This document shows positions 1 to 13,462 of a stretch of DNA of 64,000 bases, piece by piece. This DNA is from Eledone cirrhosa (lineage: Eukaryota), in the NCBI GenBank assembly GCA_964016885.1, contig OZ024741.1, forward strand, positions 105,152,001 to 105,216,000, written 5' to 3'. Each line of letters begins with the position of its first letter. Within the stretch, counting starts at the first letter, position 1. Both the position numbers and the translations under genes were made by a program. Below the pieces are notes generated by a model, which was not told the DNA's origin, searched no databases, and saw nothing but the letters and a program-made list of their open reading frames with translations.

Positions 1-106
1 AAGGCAAAGCTAACCTCGGCGGGATTTGACCTCAGAACGTAAAGGGCTGTAACTCTATGCTACAAAGCATGGCGTCCGACTCTCTACCGATACTGCTAAT
101 CCACCT
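1..106 (-). mobile_element. tRNA-derived SINE, 5' part (cut by window edge)
   Basis: Reverse complement matches the intact copy at 53032-53220 (A-box-like TAGCAGTATCGG, B-box-like GAGGTCAAATCC, then ...TTTGCCTT). Confidence 0.8.
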
Positions 107-245
107 ATTTTTTTTTTATTTGTCACATGGGGCATCAGGTGGAGTAAACGATACAAAAAGAGGTTACAACATTAAGGTGGGGATTTATATAGAAATGAGG
201 GGAAAAAACTACTTCTACTGCTACTGTTGATGATGCTGTTATTAT

Positions 246-289
<44 letters not shown>

Positions 290-654
290 TTGCTGCTGCC
301 AATGATGATTTTGTTTGATGATGTTGGTGATTAATATGATGGTGTGTTGAGGGGGAAGAGAATGACGAAAGTAGCGATGATGATGATGATAAATGAGGAT
401 GGGGGGGGGGGGAAGATGTGATGACCACAAGGTTGTTCTTGTTGTTTAGCCCTAGGTCAATCTTGAACGAGCAGAACTAAGAACAAAGTCATTCTAAATT
501 TGATCATCCCGCTTCTTTGAACAGACATCATATGTCTAGGACTACAGCATACAATATGTGTGACGGTCGTGTGAGTTGAGGGACATCTGACTGTTATTTC
601 TAGTAGTTGGATCGACCATGTAGTGCTCCAGATCCCATATTGATTCATGTGATA

Positions 655-1444
655 TTAATTTGTTGTTGGTGTTGTTCTTGTGGCTGTTCTTGCTGCTGTC
701 GTTGCTGCTCTTGTCACTGCTGCTGATGTTTCTGTTGTTCTTATTCCTGCTGTTGTTGTTGTTGCTGTTGCTGCAGTTGCTGTTTTTGCTGCTGTTGTCG
801 CTGATGTTGTTGCTGCTGTTGATTATGATGATGATAGTGATATTGGTGGGGGTGATGGTGATGGTGAGGATGGTGGTAATGGCGATGTTGTAGAAGATAA
901 AGATGGTGGTGGTGGTAATAGTAGTGATGGTGGTGGTGATGGTGGTGGTGGTGGTGGTAATATTAGTGATGGTGATGATGGTGGTGGTGGTGGTGGTGGT
1001 AATAGTAGTGATGGTGATGGTGGTGGTGGTGGTGGTGGTGGTGGTAATAGAAGTGATGATGGTGATGGTGGTGGTGGTGGTGGTAATAGTAGTGATGATG
1101 GTGATGGTGATGGTGGTGGTGGTAATAGTAGTGATGGTGATGATGGTGGTGGTGATGGTGGTAATAGTAGTGATGATGGTGATGGTGGTGGTGGTGGTGG
1201 TGGTAATAGTAGTGATGGTGGTGATGGTGGTGGTGGTGGTGGTGGTGGTGGTGGTGGTAATAGTAGTGATGATGGTGATGGTGGTGGTGGTGGTGGTAAT
1301 AGTAGTGATGGTGATGATGGTGGTGGTGGTGGTGGTGGTGGTGGTGGTAATAGTAGTGATGATGGTGATGGTGGTGGTGGTAATAGTAGTGATGATGGTG
1401 ATGGTGGTTGTGGTGGTGGTGGTGGTAATAGTAGTGATGATGGT

Positions 1445-1477
<33 letters not shown>

Positions 1478-2103
1478 GGTGGTAATAGTAGTGATGATGG
1501 TGGTGGTGGTGATGGTGGTGGTGGTGGTAATAGTAGTGATGATGGTGGTGGTGGTGATGGTGGTGGTGGTGGTAATAGTAGTGATGATGGTGATGGTGGT
1601 GGTGGTGGTGGTAATAGTAGTGATGATGATGGTGGTGGTGGTGGTGGTGGTGGTGGTAATAGTAGTGATGATGGTGATGGTGGTGGTGGTGGTGGTGGTA
1701 ATAGTAGTGATGATGGTGATGGTGGTGATGGTGGTGGTGGTGGTGGTGGTAATAGTAGTGATGGTGGTGATGGTGGTGGTGGTGGTGGTGGTAATAGTAG
1801 TGATGATGGTGATGGTGGTGGTGGTGGTGGTGGTGGTAATAGTAGTGATGATGGTGATGGTGGTGGTGGTGGTGGTGGTGGTAATAGTAGTGATGATGGT
1901 GATGGTGGTGATGGTGGTGGTGGTGGTGGTGGTAATAGTAGTGATGGTGGTGATGGTGGTGGTGGTGGTGGTGGTAATAGTAGTGATGATGGTGATGGTG
2001 GTGGTGGTGGTGGTGGTGGTAATAGTAGTGATGATGGTGATGGTGGTGGTGGTGGTGGTGGTGGTGGTGGTGGTAATAGTAGTGATGATGGTGATGGTGG
2101 TAA
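655..2103. repeat. Compound trinucleotide minisatellite: (GTT/GCT)n, then units of (GGT)n-AAT-AGT-AGT-GAT-GAT-GGT-GAT
   Basis: Directly visible; many copies of a variable-length unit with a constant AATAGTAGTGAT(GAT) core. Confidence 0.95.
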
Positions 2104-2152
2104 TCTTTTTTGAAAGTATTGTAAATTTTAAGAATAGTTTATTTTAATACTT

Positions 2153-3241
2153 TATCATCATCATCAGCAGCAGCAGCATTATCGTCCTCATCACGATCGT
2201 CTTCAACATTATCATCATCATCATCACGATCATCATCAACATCATCATCATCACTATCATCCTGACCATCATCAGGACCTTCACTATCATCATTTTCACC
2301 ATCACCTCACCAACACCATCATTATCACTACTATCATCACCATCTTCCTCACCATCACTCCGCCATCACCATCATCATAACCAGCACCACCACCATCAAC
2401 GCCATCACCATCATCATTATTATCATTACCACCAGCACCATCATTATCACCACCAACATCATCTCCACTAACACCATCTCCATCACCATCACCAACATCA
2501 TCACTATCATCATCCCCACCAACACAATCACCATCACCATCACTGTCATCACCACCACCATTACCATCACCATCATCAATTCTACCAACACCATCACCAT
2601 CATCTCATCAACACCATCACCATCACCATCATCAATTCCCCCAACACCATCACCATCACCATCATCAATTCTACCAACACCATCACCATCATCTCATCAA
2701 CACCATCACCATCACCATCATCAATTCCCCCAACACCATCACCATCACCATCATCAATTCTACCAACACCATCACCATCATCTCACCAACACCATCACCA
2801 TCATCATCATCAATTCTACCAACACCATCACCATCATCATCACCTCACCAACACCATCACCATCACCATCATCAATTCCACCATCACCATCACCATCATC
2901 ATCACCATCATCTCACCAACACCATCACCATCACCATTACCGTCACCGTCACCAACACCATCATCACCACCTTCACCACCACCATCACCATCACCATCAC
3001 CAACATCATCACCATCATCATCACCACCTTCGCCATCACTATCACCATCACTATCACCATCATCACCATTATCATCACCATCATCTCACCAATACTATCA
3101 CCATCACTATCATCAACAGCACCAACACATCACCATTACCATCACCATCATCTCCAACACCATCACCATCAGCACTATTATCACCACCACCATCACCATC
3201 ATAATCACCACCACCACCATCATCACCATCACCACCACCAA
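2153..3241. repeat. Degenerate (CAT/CAC)n low-complexity array, opposite polarity to the upstream GAT/GGT array
   Basis: Directly visible; includes repeated ATCAATTC(T/C)ACCAACACCATCACC units at ~2575-2880. Confidence 0.9.
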
Positions 3242-3319
3242 TATATAAACTATGTTATACATATTGGTTTTCTTGTTTAATTATATATAATTGATTAACA
3301 ATAATTTTATAGCGTACAT

Positions 3320-4045
3320 CTGTATGTATGTATGTATGTGTGTGTGTATGTATGTGTGTGTATGTATGTATGTGTGTATGTATGTGTATGTGTACGTATG
3401 TATGTGTGTACGTATGTATGTGTGATTGTATGTATGTATATGTGTATGAATGTATGCATGTATGTATGCAGGTCGGTATGCATGTGTGTATGTATGTATG
3501 TATGTATGTATGTGTGTGTATGTATGTATGTATGTATGTGTGTATGTAGGCTGGCATGCATGTGTGTATGTATGTATGTATGTATGTGTGTATGTATGTG
3601 TGTTTATGTATGTATGTGTGTATGTATGCAGGTGTGTATGTATGTATGCATGTATGTACTTATGTATGTATATATGTAGATAGCTATGTATGTATGTATT
3701 TATATATATATATATATATATGTAAGTAGGTAAGTAAGTATGTATGTTTGTATGTATGTGTGTGTATGTATGTAGGTAGGTAGGTATGTATGTAAGTAGA
3801 TAAGTATGTGTGTATTTATGTATGTGTGTATGTATGTATATGTGTATGTGTGTGTGTATGTATATATGCATGTATGTATGTATGTTTGTAGGTAAGTAAG
3901 TATGTATGCGTGTATTTATGTATGTGTGTATGTATGTGTGTATGTAGGTAACTATATATGTATGTATATATGAATGTATATAAGTAGGTAGGTGAGTACA
4001 GATGTATGTATGTATATATTATGTATGTATATATGTATGTGTGAA
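3320..4045. repeat. (GTAT)n/(GT)n compound microsatellite
   Basis: Directly visible. Confidence 0.95.
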
Positions 4046-4046
4046 G

Positions 4047-4282
4047 ATTGCATGGCTTAGTAGTTAGTGATTATCAGCTCATAATAGTCAAATGAGTCGG
4101 TCATGTAATATATGAAGGTCCGACTTTGACACACCCCGTGTCATACTGAATCACCCTGAGGACTACGTTACGGGCGCGCGAGTATAGAATACTCAGTCAT
4201 TTGAACGTTAATTTCATGAGCTGGCAGTTCTGTTGATTAAATCAACTGGAACATTCATCGTCGGAATTGACGGAGGTCCAAC
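4047..4282 (+). mobile_element. Decayed tRNA-derived SINE (second family)
   Basis: A-box-like TGGCTTAGTAGTTAG at 5' end; a related tRNA-like head lies on the minus strand at ~26115-26220. Confidence 0.5.
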
Positions 4283-4445
4283 AAGTATGCATGTATGTAT
4301 GCGTATATATGTATATACATATGTGCGTGAATGTGTGTGTGTATATGTGTGTGTGTGTTGTGTGTGTGTAACTCATTCTTCTTTCTCCAAGCTTGAAACT
4401 AATACACTTCATGTTAATGCATCCTTTTGTTTGTTTGTTTCTTGT

Positions 4446-4497
4446 TCATTTCCTGATGATTTCCTTCGAATGAAACAGTTCCAGTCCTGTAGAAGCC
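4446..4497 (+). ncRNA. Type I hammerhead ribozyme in a PLE 3' end remnant (~4370-4555)
   Basis: CTGATGA 4453-4459, tttc-cttc-gaat, GAAA 4472-4475, stem III ACAG/CTGT, GUA site at ~4491; homologous to 63497-63547 including downstream tail (GGTTATCCC...AACCCG). Confidence 0.7.
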
Positions 4498-4570
4498 ATT
4501 TCTAAATTAAATTTTGTGGTATACACTTATTGTGGTTATCCCTGATTGAACCCGACACACACACACACAC

Positions 4571-4620
<50 letters not shown>

Positions 4621-4624
<4 letters not shown>

Positions 4625-5018
4625 GATATTAACAAATGGAAACTATATTTATAAAACCATATTTATTTCATTATACATATTTCAAGGACACCAAGTTAAA
4701 TTATGGTGTGCTTTCATCAGATAAAATATAATATATAGAGCAGTTTTATCCGGGAGCTTCCAAGAGTAATTGTTGCATTCTTTAAGGGTATGTCAATATT
4801 TATTTATAAAACTGCTCTATATATTATATTTTATCTGATGAAAGCACACCATAATTTAACTTGGTGTCCTTGAAATATGTATAATGAAATAAATATGGTT
4901 TTATAAATATAGTTTCCATTTGTTAATATCGTATTTTAACTCCAAATATTTGTTGAGTGGTTTATATCAGTTATAAAAATATTTGCTTGTTGTATCCCAA
5001 CAAATTAAATAGAACTTT

Positions 5019-5020
<2 letters not shown>
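4621..5020 (+). mobile_element. Solo PLE pLTR fragment with 5' inverted copy and HHR, between (TA)n runs
   Basis: Arms ~4621-4748 and ~4806-4934 are reverse complements; HHR TATTTTAT-CTGATGA(4835)-stem II-GAAA(4872)-TATGTA-TA-ATGAAATA; antisense core at 4714-4720. Confidence 0.8.
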
Positions 5021-5069
<49 letters not shown>

Positions 5070-5124
5070 GTGTGTGTATGTATGTGTGTATGTATGTATG
5101 TATATATGTATATATGTATATGTG

Positions 5125-5239
<115 letters not shown>

Positions 5240-5240
5240 G

Positions 5241-5272
<32 letters not shown>

Positions 5273-5293
5273 CATATATATATATATGTATAT

Positions 5294-5379
<86 letters not shown>

Positions 5380-5399
5380 CACAACAGTAAAAGTTCAGG

Positions 5400-6075
5400 C
5401 AAAAATTGTCATATCCCAATAACATTTTAAGCTCAATAAAGTTCCATGGTTACCAAGATAATGGAATCCTCTCATCACAGGTATATTCCGTAAATGTACT
5501 AGGAATCAAACTTCGAGCAAATAAATCCGACTAGTCGTGTGAATACATAGGTAGAGATAACATAGACTCTAATGGATGGATAGCCGAGATGAAAAAAGTT
5601 TTTAAAATATTATTTTACTAACGTGTTTCTACAAGGATTAGCAGAAAATATAGATAAAGGAGAAATAAAAAAATAGTGAAAAAAATTGTTCATTTTCCAT
5701 TATTCGTATAGAGATATGTCTATATTATAATTGGAGCTTTGACGTGAGGAATTAGGTATTAAACATCCATATATCACAACAAATGTACATGTAATTGTTG
5801 TAATAGGATTGCTTTTTTGAATATTTTATGAATTCTCCGAGGACACAAAAATGAGCGGAATATACTTTTAATACCTAATTTCCTCAAGTCAATACTCAGA
5901 GTATAATATTTAGACATAGACACATCTATATCCAAATAATGGAACTTGGGCAAGGTTTTTAACCATTTATATTTCACTTCTATATCTATTATATTAGACA
6001 TGTTATGAAATAATTCGACTCATAACCTGATCATGGAACTACATTGAGCATAAATATTTATTGGCATAAGTTTAC
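5400..6075 (-). pseudogene. Probable highly decayed PLE RT/thumb fragment
   Basis: Minus ORF 5774-6001 has KFHYLDIDV (FLD-like late RT motif); HLGYP-like motif further downstream; multiple stops. Confidence 0.3.
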
Positions 6076-6081
6076 TTTTGT

Positions 6082-6170
<89 letters not shown>

Positions 6171-6300
6171 CAGTTGATGAAAGTAACCACTCTGACATCA
6201 TCTTTGAAATACGTATAATAGAATTATATAATAAAATAATAAAGTGAAGATGTACGAATAAAACCATCTCTCTTATTATATGTATATATATGTATATATA

Positions 6301-6720
6301 TTATTATACTTTGGGAGGGTCATGTTGCCAATAAGAAGCACACGCACCAGTTGCTTTCACTCCAATTTATTATGAATTAAATTATAAATTTAAAAACTTT
6401 ATAAATTTTCGGTTGGTTGGTTCCACAACCGGACGGTTGTTCATATATTGTCAAAGTTCTTTCGTTACACATTCTGTGATCTCTTCAGTGACTGGGGATT
6501 CTTTTCTTTGTTTTGTGCCTCTCCATTGTTCTGTCCAGAACAACCAACCGGAAATTTATAAATTTTTAAAATTTATAATTTAATTTATAATAAATTGGAG
6601 TGACAGCAATTGGTGCGTGTGTTTCTTATTGGCAACATAACCCTCCCAAAGTATAGCAATATCGGTTTCAACACACGTTTTCAGATAAAGAATCTTGCTA
6701 AACAAATTCAGAAACGAAAT
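6301..6720. mobile_element. PLE pLTR foldback fragment with minus-strand HHR
   Basis: Inverted arms ~6301-6420 and ~6541-6657; minus strand reads GTCA-CTGAAGA(6488-6482)-stem II-GAAA-GAAC-TT-TGAC; same family as 7975-8205; tail fragments also at 21527-21595 and 35913-35960. Confidence 0.75.
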
Positions 6721-6746
6721 ATGTATATATACATATATATCTATAC

Positions 6747-6840
<94 letters not shown>

Positions 6841-6849
6841 TATAGGTGA

Positions 6850-8204
6850 TTAAAATACAATAGTATGAACATTAACTGGAAGTGTAATTAGTGTAAATTA
6901 GAAATACACCCCATTCGCATAATTTTCTACAATCTTGTGTCCCGCATGTGCAATCCTAAAGAACTAGAGACACATACAACAATTCATCCACCCCATGCAG
7001 TTTCCTGGCTACAATCAGAGAGATAGCGTCAGGTTATATAAAGGTACCGGGGCCAAATAAGAAGACTAATAAAGTCAACTCGTGGTATGATTGCAATAAA
7101 TACCAAAATGTAATGTTCGTCAATGCAACCCAATGTAGCCAACTAACTTAGATTTAGAAGGGCTTTAGATAAACAAAAATTAAATATTAAGATAGTTTAA
7201 AGACCAGGTATTCCCATAAAAGCCCTAATTAGTATAACATATCCTTTTGGAAAAAAACCCTGCACTGATAGCAAATTAAGCCACAAATTAACTGCAAAAT
7301 TAGGAATGTGGTATATAACATAAGATGTACGGTGAGTCAGTGTAGGAATAAGAACATAATTTACATAGGTCAGACAGCCTGTAACATAAGAGAAAGAATA
7401 AAAGAACACTGGTAAGAACTCCTCCAAGATGGGAAGAACTCATCAGTACTCCACCAACATGTCTAAATGAAACGCGGGGGTACACTAAAGAACATAGAAA
7501 TAAAAATCATATCTACACACAGAAAAAACGCAATGCTCCGACAGATTGCGGAAGCGACAAACAAACCAACTCCAACCAAAATTAAACAGAAAACATGAGT
7601 GGAATAGCAACAACCTCACAACTAGTAATTAAGGAGAGATAAAGACATACAGAGACACACAAGAACCAAACTGATTAAGAACACGATAAAGACATACAGG
7701 AACACACAAGAACCAAACTAATTACGGACAAGATAAAGATATACAGAGACACAGAAGAACCAAACTAATAAAACAAATCAGACACACGCAAATAGAACAA
7801 GCAACCAACTAGTGACAAGTAAATAAACGTATAAATAAATAAATAAATAAATAAATAAATTTAAAAAAATACACACATCCGGATAGAATGCATGTGTAGC
7901 TCAAATACAGAGCACGCAACCCACAAAAACAAAATGGTGTAGGACAGAACAAAAGAGAGAGACAAAATAACAAATCAGTCACTGAAGAAGTCACAGAATG
8001 TGTGACGCAAGAGCTTTGACAATAAATAAACAACCACCTGGTTATAAAACCAACCAGCTGGAAATTTGTAATTAGTTGAAGTGAAAACTAAAAGGTGCGT
8101 AGGTTTTTATTTTTTGGCAGCATGACCCTCTCAAAGTATAACAATATCTGTTTCAACACACGTTTTCAGATAATAAATCTTGCAAAACAAATACAAAAAC
8201 GAAG

Positions 8205-8205
<1 letters not shown>
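6850..8205 (+). mobile_element. 5'-truncated, decayed Penelope/Poseidon-type PLE (GIY-YIG EN, 3'UTR, HHR-bearing pLTR)
   Basis: Manual translation from ~7290: NCKIRNVVYNIRC...IIYIGQTACNIRERIKEHW*, later LRQIAEA...PKLNRKHEW; HHR GTCA-CTGAAGA(7982)-GTCACA/TGTGAC-GCAA(mutated)-GAGC-TT-TGAC. Confidence 0.85.
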
Positions 8206-8263
<58 letters not shown>

Positions 8264-8289
8264 CTCTGTGTGTGTGTGTGTCTGTGTGT

Positions 8290-8363
<74 letters not shown>

Positions 8364-10484
8364 AATACAAAGACCAAAATCCGAAGACGGCTTGATAAGA
8401 ATTGTATATATATATATAAGTATATATATTAATTCAAAATATTAACAAAAATAGACATTCGTGTGATCAAGTATATTTTATTATACATATTTCAGAGGTG
8501 CTGAGCTATCTTCAACAGTACGTCCTCATCAGATAAAATAAGATGATGCATGACATACCCTGACTTGGTAGATGATTAAGATTCAGTCATGGCAGTGAAT
8601 AAGATATGACAAAACTCAATATTTATATACCTTAAGATTTAGACATGAAAAAATTACATATACTACAGAGGGTGCGTGTGAGAAAGCTTATAAAAATACA
8701 TAATAGCAATTTACATAACTGTTAGAGATTCAAATAATTTAAATTATTGAAGAAAGAAGAAAGACAGAGAGAGAGAAACTGATGAGGAAAAAGATAGTTA
8801 CGAGAAGTATAGAAATATCTTATGCGCGAAAGCAAAAGAGAATTGATTAAGGATAGAGAGACAAGGAAGAATAATTTTTATAGTATAAAACATAGGGAGG
8901 GGATTGTTATCTTAAATATGGTAAATAGAAAACTGCCGGAGATTACCGGTGGTTTATATAGGGACGTTATTTTATTTACGGTTGTCAAGTATAGCAATGC
9001 AGAACTAAATAGGGTTAAGAAAACTATAATTGAAATCTTTAAAAATTATGACCTTAAATTAGAAGTTGAAAGTAGTACCAAAATAGTTAATTTCCTTGAC
9101 GTTACCCTTAACTTAAACTCAGGATTTTATTACCCTTTCCATAAGCCCAATGAAAACTTAAATTACGTTAGCTATTACTCTAATTACCCTAAATCCGTGA
9201 AAAATGCAATAGTCAATAGTGTACAGAAACGCATAACTAGAATATCCGCTAATAAATTCATATTTGATGAAAAAGCAGGATATTATAATGACGCGCTACG
9301 TAAGGCAGGTTATAAAAATAATATTGAATATATAGATATAATTTGAATTATAATCCTGATAAAAATAAGACTAATATGTATAAATGAGATTCTAAAAATT
9401 ATAATACAAACACCAATACCGTGAATAAATCGGGGGGAAAAAATCAGAACTAAATCAGTTATATGGTTTGCTCCTCCCGCATCTGTAGCTATAAAAACAC
9501 CACTCGCAAATCTATTCTTTAAAGCTTTAGATAAATGCTTCCCCATTCAACATAAATACCGTTCCATATTTAACAGACACACAAGCTTTCTTATTCTACA
9601 ACTATGAATATGGCCCAGAACATTGCAAAAATAAATAGTAGAATTCTAAATCATAACCAACAAACAATTAGGGATAATGAATATAATAACACTAGCAATA
9701 TTAATACTAGGAATAACAATAACATTAATCTAAGCACTATCAATAGAACACTTCAAAGTACTAGCACTGTTAATGTCAATTGAATTGTCCAATTTATAGT
9801 AATAACAATAAATCGAAATGTAATTGTAGAAATAGATCAAATTACCCTCTGCAAAATAATTGTCTGGATAGCAATCTGGTCTATAAATGCACCGTAAAAG
9901 CAAATAACATCACATACAACTATATTGGTGCAACTTCATCGACATTTAAATTAAGATTTTCAAATCACAAATGTTCTTTTTCGAATCCTAATAGGAAATC
10001 TTCGACTTCTTTATGACAACTTATATGGTCATTAAAAGACAAACATTTTAAATACTCGATTTCTTGGTCAAAGCTGTGTAATAGTCGAATCTACTTGAAT
10101 TCTTCAATATTACCTAACTGCAATCTTTGTACTATGGAGACCCTATTAATAATTACTAATTATGAAAATTTAATTTTAAAAAAAAGTGAATTATTCTCAA
10201 ATTGCCTACATATAGCTTCTTCTACATTCCAAGCCTCGCAAAAAGTCAGGAAAAAACACTGAATAAATAAGTTCTAATTTTTGACGTTTCTTATCAACTG
10301 AGTGCGTAAAATGATACTATAACAGATTATAAAACCTTATAATAATTTTTATTCATTTACGATAGGATTAATGTTAGATTAAGGGTTCTATATAAATATA
10401 TAAACATATAGAATGTTAACATGATCTCTTGATGAATATGCATATCATTTGATTGTGTAAGTACATTTAATTTTGTCGGGATTT

Positions 10485-11570
10485 TTGTATTTTTTTAAAT
10501 ATATAGCTTATATGGTTAACAGGGAACCGTAGACCATTCATTTATTTATTTGGAATATGTTGTTTTTAAGATTCAAGACATTTGATTTATATATTTATGG
10601 TATATGTGTCGCACACGATCCTAGTCGACAAACTTTTTCCACTTAACTTGATGTAAAACTTCAATTATAACATTATTAACAATAATTGTATTTATTATTT
10701 ATTATATGTATATAAATCACTAATATCGTCTTAAGTTTTAAACTGAATACTCTGTATGTATTTAGACAAATGTGTATATCTAGTTTAATAACATCCTTCT
10801 AGATACATTTATAAGTGCCTTAGATACTTAAGGACATTCTAGTGTTATAATTGTTAAATATTTTCTAAATTATATAATGATTATTTTTTTAATATAATTA
10901 AATTTGGGTTACCTTCAGGTTGATGAAAATCTTAAGTCTTTTCTTTCTCATGTTTGCAGACACTTTAAATATGATATTATACTATAATATAGATCCTTAA
11001 AAATGTTCTTGTATTTTTAAATTATATAGCTTAGATATTTGGCACTTATAGGATCGCAAACCATTTATTTATTTATTTTGAATCTGTCTTATCTTTTATG
11101 ATTCATGAAGTTTGATTTGTATATTTATAGTATATATGTATTACATGATCCTAATATAATAATTGATGTAAAACCTTACTTTTAACAATATTAACAGTAA
11201 CTTATTTATTATATTATATTATATATAACTGACTAATATCGTCTTAAACTTTAAACAATATACTCTTTGTATAAATTTAGACAAATGCGTATATCTAGTT
11301 TAATAATATCCTTTTTAAGTATAATTATAAGGCTTTTGGGTACTTTAGGGCATTCTAACTGTTAATTTTAAATTTTTAAAGTTATAATTGCAATTACTTT
11401 CTAAATGATATAATGATTATTATTTTTTAATATAAAATCTCTTTAATATAAATTTTTTTTAATATAATTTAATATGGATTACCTTCGGGATGAAGAAAAT
11501 ATTAAGTCTCTTCTTTCTCATGTTTGCAAATACTTTAAATATGATATTATACTATAATATAAATACTTAT
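10485..11570. repeat. Diverged ~520-560 bp tandem duplication inside the PLE 3'UTR
   Basis: Shared blocks such as CTTTCTCATGTTTGCA.A.ACTTTAAATATGATATTATACTATAATAT at ~10944 and ~11513, and TTTAGACAAATG.GTATATCTAGTTTAATAA at ~10761 and ~11276. Confidence 0.8.
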
Positions 11571-12263
11571 AAATTTGTATAGCCCGAAATATTATACTTT
11601 TAGATTAATTCACTATTTTGAACTAACATAAATGATTCGAAATTTAACGGTCATCCGGATACGTTTGGATATATATAATTCATTAATAGTCTATTTCTAA
11701 TTAACTTAAGGACTCGAAATTAAACCCTCATATAACTACACCCAGATATATTTGATATTTAGATTGATTGATTATTTCTAGATAATTCAACGATTCGAAA
11801 TTATTCTTTCACAAAGCTATGCCCAAATGTATATTTATTTATTTATTTATATATATATATTTTTGCATCATCTAATTATACGCTATTTATCCACGACAAT
11901 ACAAACCTCCCTCCCTATGCTTTATACTATAGAAATTATTCTTCCTTGTCTCTCTATCCTTAATTCTCTTTTGCTTTCGTGCATAAGATATTTCTATACT
12001 TCTAGTAACTATCTTTTTCCTCATCTGTTTCTCTCGCTGTCTTTCTTCTTTCTTCAATAATTTAAATTATTTGAATCTCTAACAGTTATGTAAATTGCTA
12101 TTATGTATTTTTATAAGCTTTCTCACACGCACCCTCTGTATTATATGTAATTTTTTCATGTCTCAATCTTAAGGTATATAAATATTGAGTTATGTCATAT
12201 CTTATTCACTGCCATGACTGAATTTTAACCATCTACTAAGTCAGGGTATGTCACACATCATCT

Positions 12264-12330
12264 TATTTTATCTGATGAGGACGTACTGTTGAAGATAGCT
12301 CAGTACCTCTGAAATATGTATAATAAAATA
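12264..12330 (+). ncRNA. Minimal type I hammerhead ribozyme
   Basis: Stem I TATTTTAT/ATAAAATA, CTGATGA 12272-12278, long stem II, GAAA 12311-12314, quasi-palindromic stem III ATATGTAT, AUA site. Confidence 0.8.
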
Positions 12331-12727
12331 TACTTGATCACACGAATGTCTATTTTTGTTAATATTTTGAATTAATATTAATAACTCCGGAAAAACATTT
12401 TTTGTGGAGTGCTTCCAATCTATTATAAAACTCATTCTTTGATTTATTCATTAAACCTTGTTTAACCTTTAAATATAAGTATATATATATATGCCCGTAG
12501 AGCAAATATTTATAATTAGTACAGATTAAAAGTTTAAGTTATAAATTTTTGCTTTCACCTTAAGCGGAATTATCTGAAACTTCACCTGTTATATTTTGAA
12601 ATAATCATATAACACATATACTCTCACATATACATATACACATATATTTATCTACCTATATTCATATATATGTGTGTGTTTGTGTGTGTGGTATACATAT
12701 ATACATATGTATATATGTATATATATA

Positions 12728-12802
<75 letters not shown>

Positions 12803-12886
12803 TCACATACATATAAAATGGAATCCCAGAATTTCTGCGTAGAAACCTGGTCTTTCTCGGAGTCCATTTGGGAAGTACTGCTCTAA

Positions 12887-13072
12887 ATAATTGTTTCTAC
12901 TTTTGGCACAAGGCCAGCAATTATCCCAGTGTATTACTGGTACTTTATTTTATCAACCTCGTAAGGATGAAAGGCAAAGTTAACCTCGGTGGGATTTGAA
13001 CTCAGAATGACAAGAGCCGTAACTCTATGCTTGGCGTCCGACCCTTTACCGATACTGCCAATCCACTGCCCT
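12887..13072 (-). mobile_element. tRNA-derived SINE, near full length
   Basis: Reverse complement of the 53032-53220 family (TGGCAGTATCGG A box, GAGTTCAAATCC B box, GGCCTTGTGCCAAAAGTAGAAACAATT tail). Confidence 0.9.
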
Positions 13073-13217
13073 CTAAATAATGGAGTGAATATCTAAACAA
13101 AATGGCGAGCAGTATTTTATCTCCATATATATATTAAATATTTATACTCTGCTATGTATTGAGTACCTTACTTACTATGGTTACCCCCGGTTGAACCCGC
13201 GTAAATATATATATATA

Positions 13218-13387
13218 CTAGCTGAGGTACCCAGCTTCGCCAGGGTTAACAAATGATAAGAGAAGACCGGCAGAAGAGAAAACGTCTGTATTGAATGCAT
13301 TGTCTTGTTTACAGTGTGTGTGTATTGTGTGTATATATGTGTGTGTGCGTGTGTGTGAGTGTTCGTGTGTGTGTGTGTGTGTGTATA

Positions 13388-13462
<75 letters not shown>

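Larger units (their letters stand above)
8430..12472 (+). mobile_element. 5'-truncated Naiad-like PLE with inverted 5' pLTR copy, degenerate RT-EN ORF, HHR and candidate 16-bp TSD
   Basis: RT GGLYRDV...VNFLDVTLNL...YYPFHKPN (8903-9346); WFAPP/LDKCFP/IFNRH linker; CNCR...LVYKC...YIGATSSTFKLRF EN (9780-10260); 8430-8902 is the reverse complement of ~11905-12375; HHR core at 12272 (antisense 8526-8532); ATATAAGTATATATAT at 8414-8429 and 12473-12488. Confidence 0.92.

Noticed and set aside
680-2113. 477-aa Gly/Asp/Ser/Asn-rich ORF with hydrophobic N-terminus, resembling a secreted structural protein
   Set aside because: Open frame is a by-product of trinucleotide repeats; non-ATG start, almost no synonymous codon variation (Gly is nearly always GGT), and an overlapping frame is equally open.
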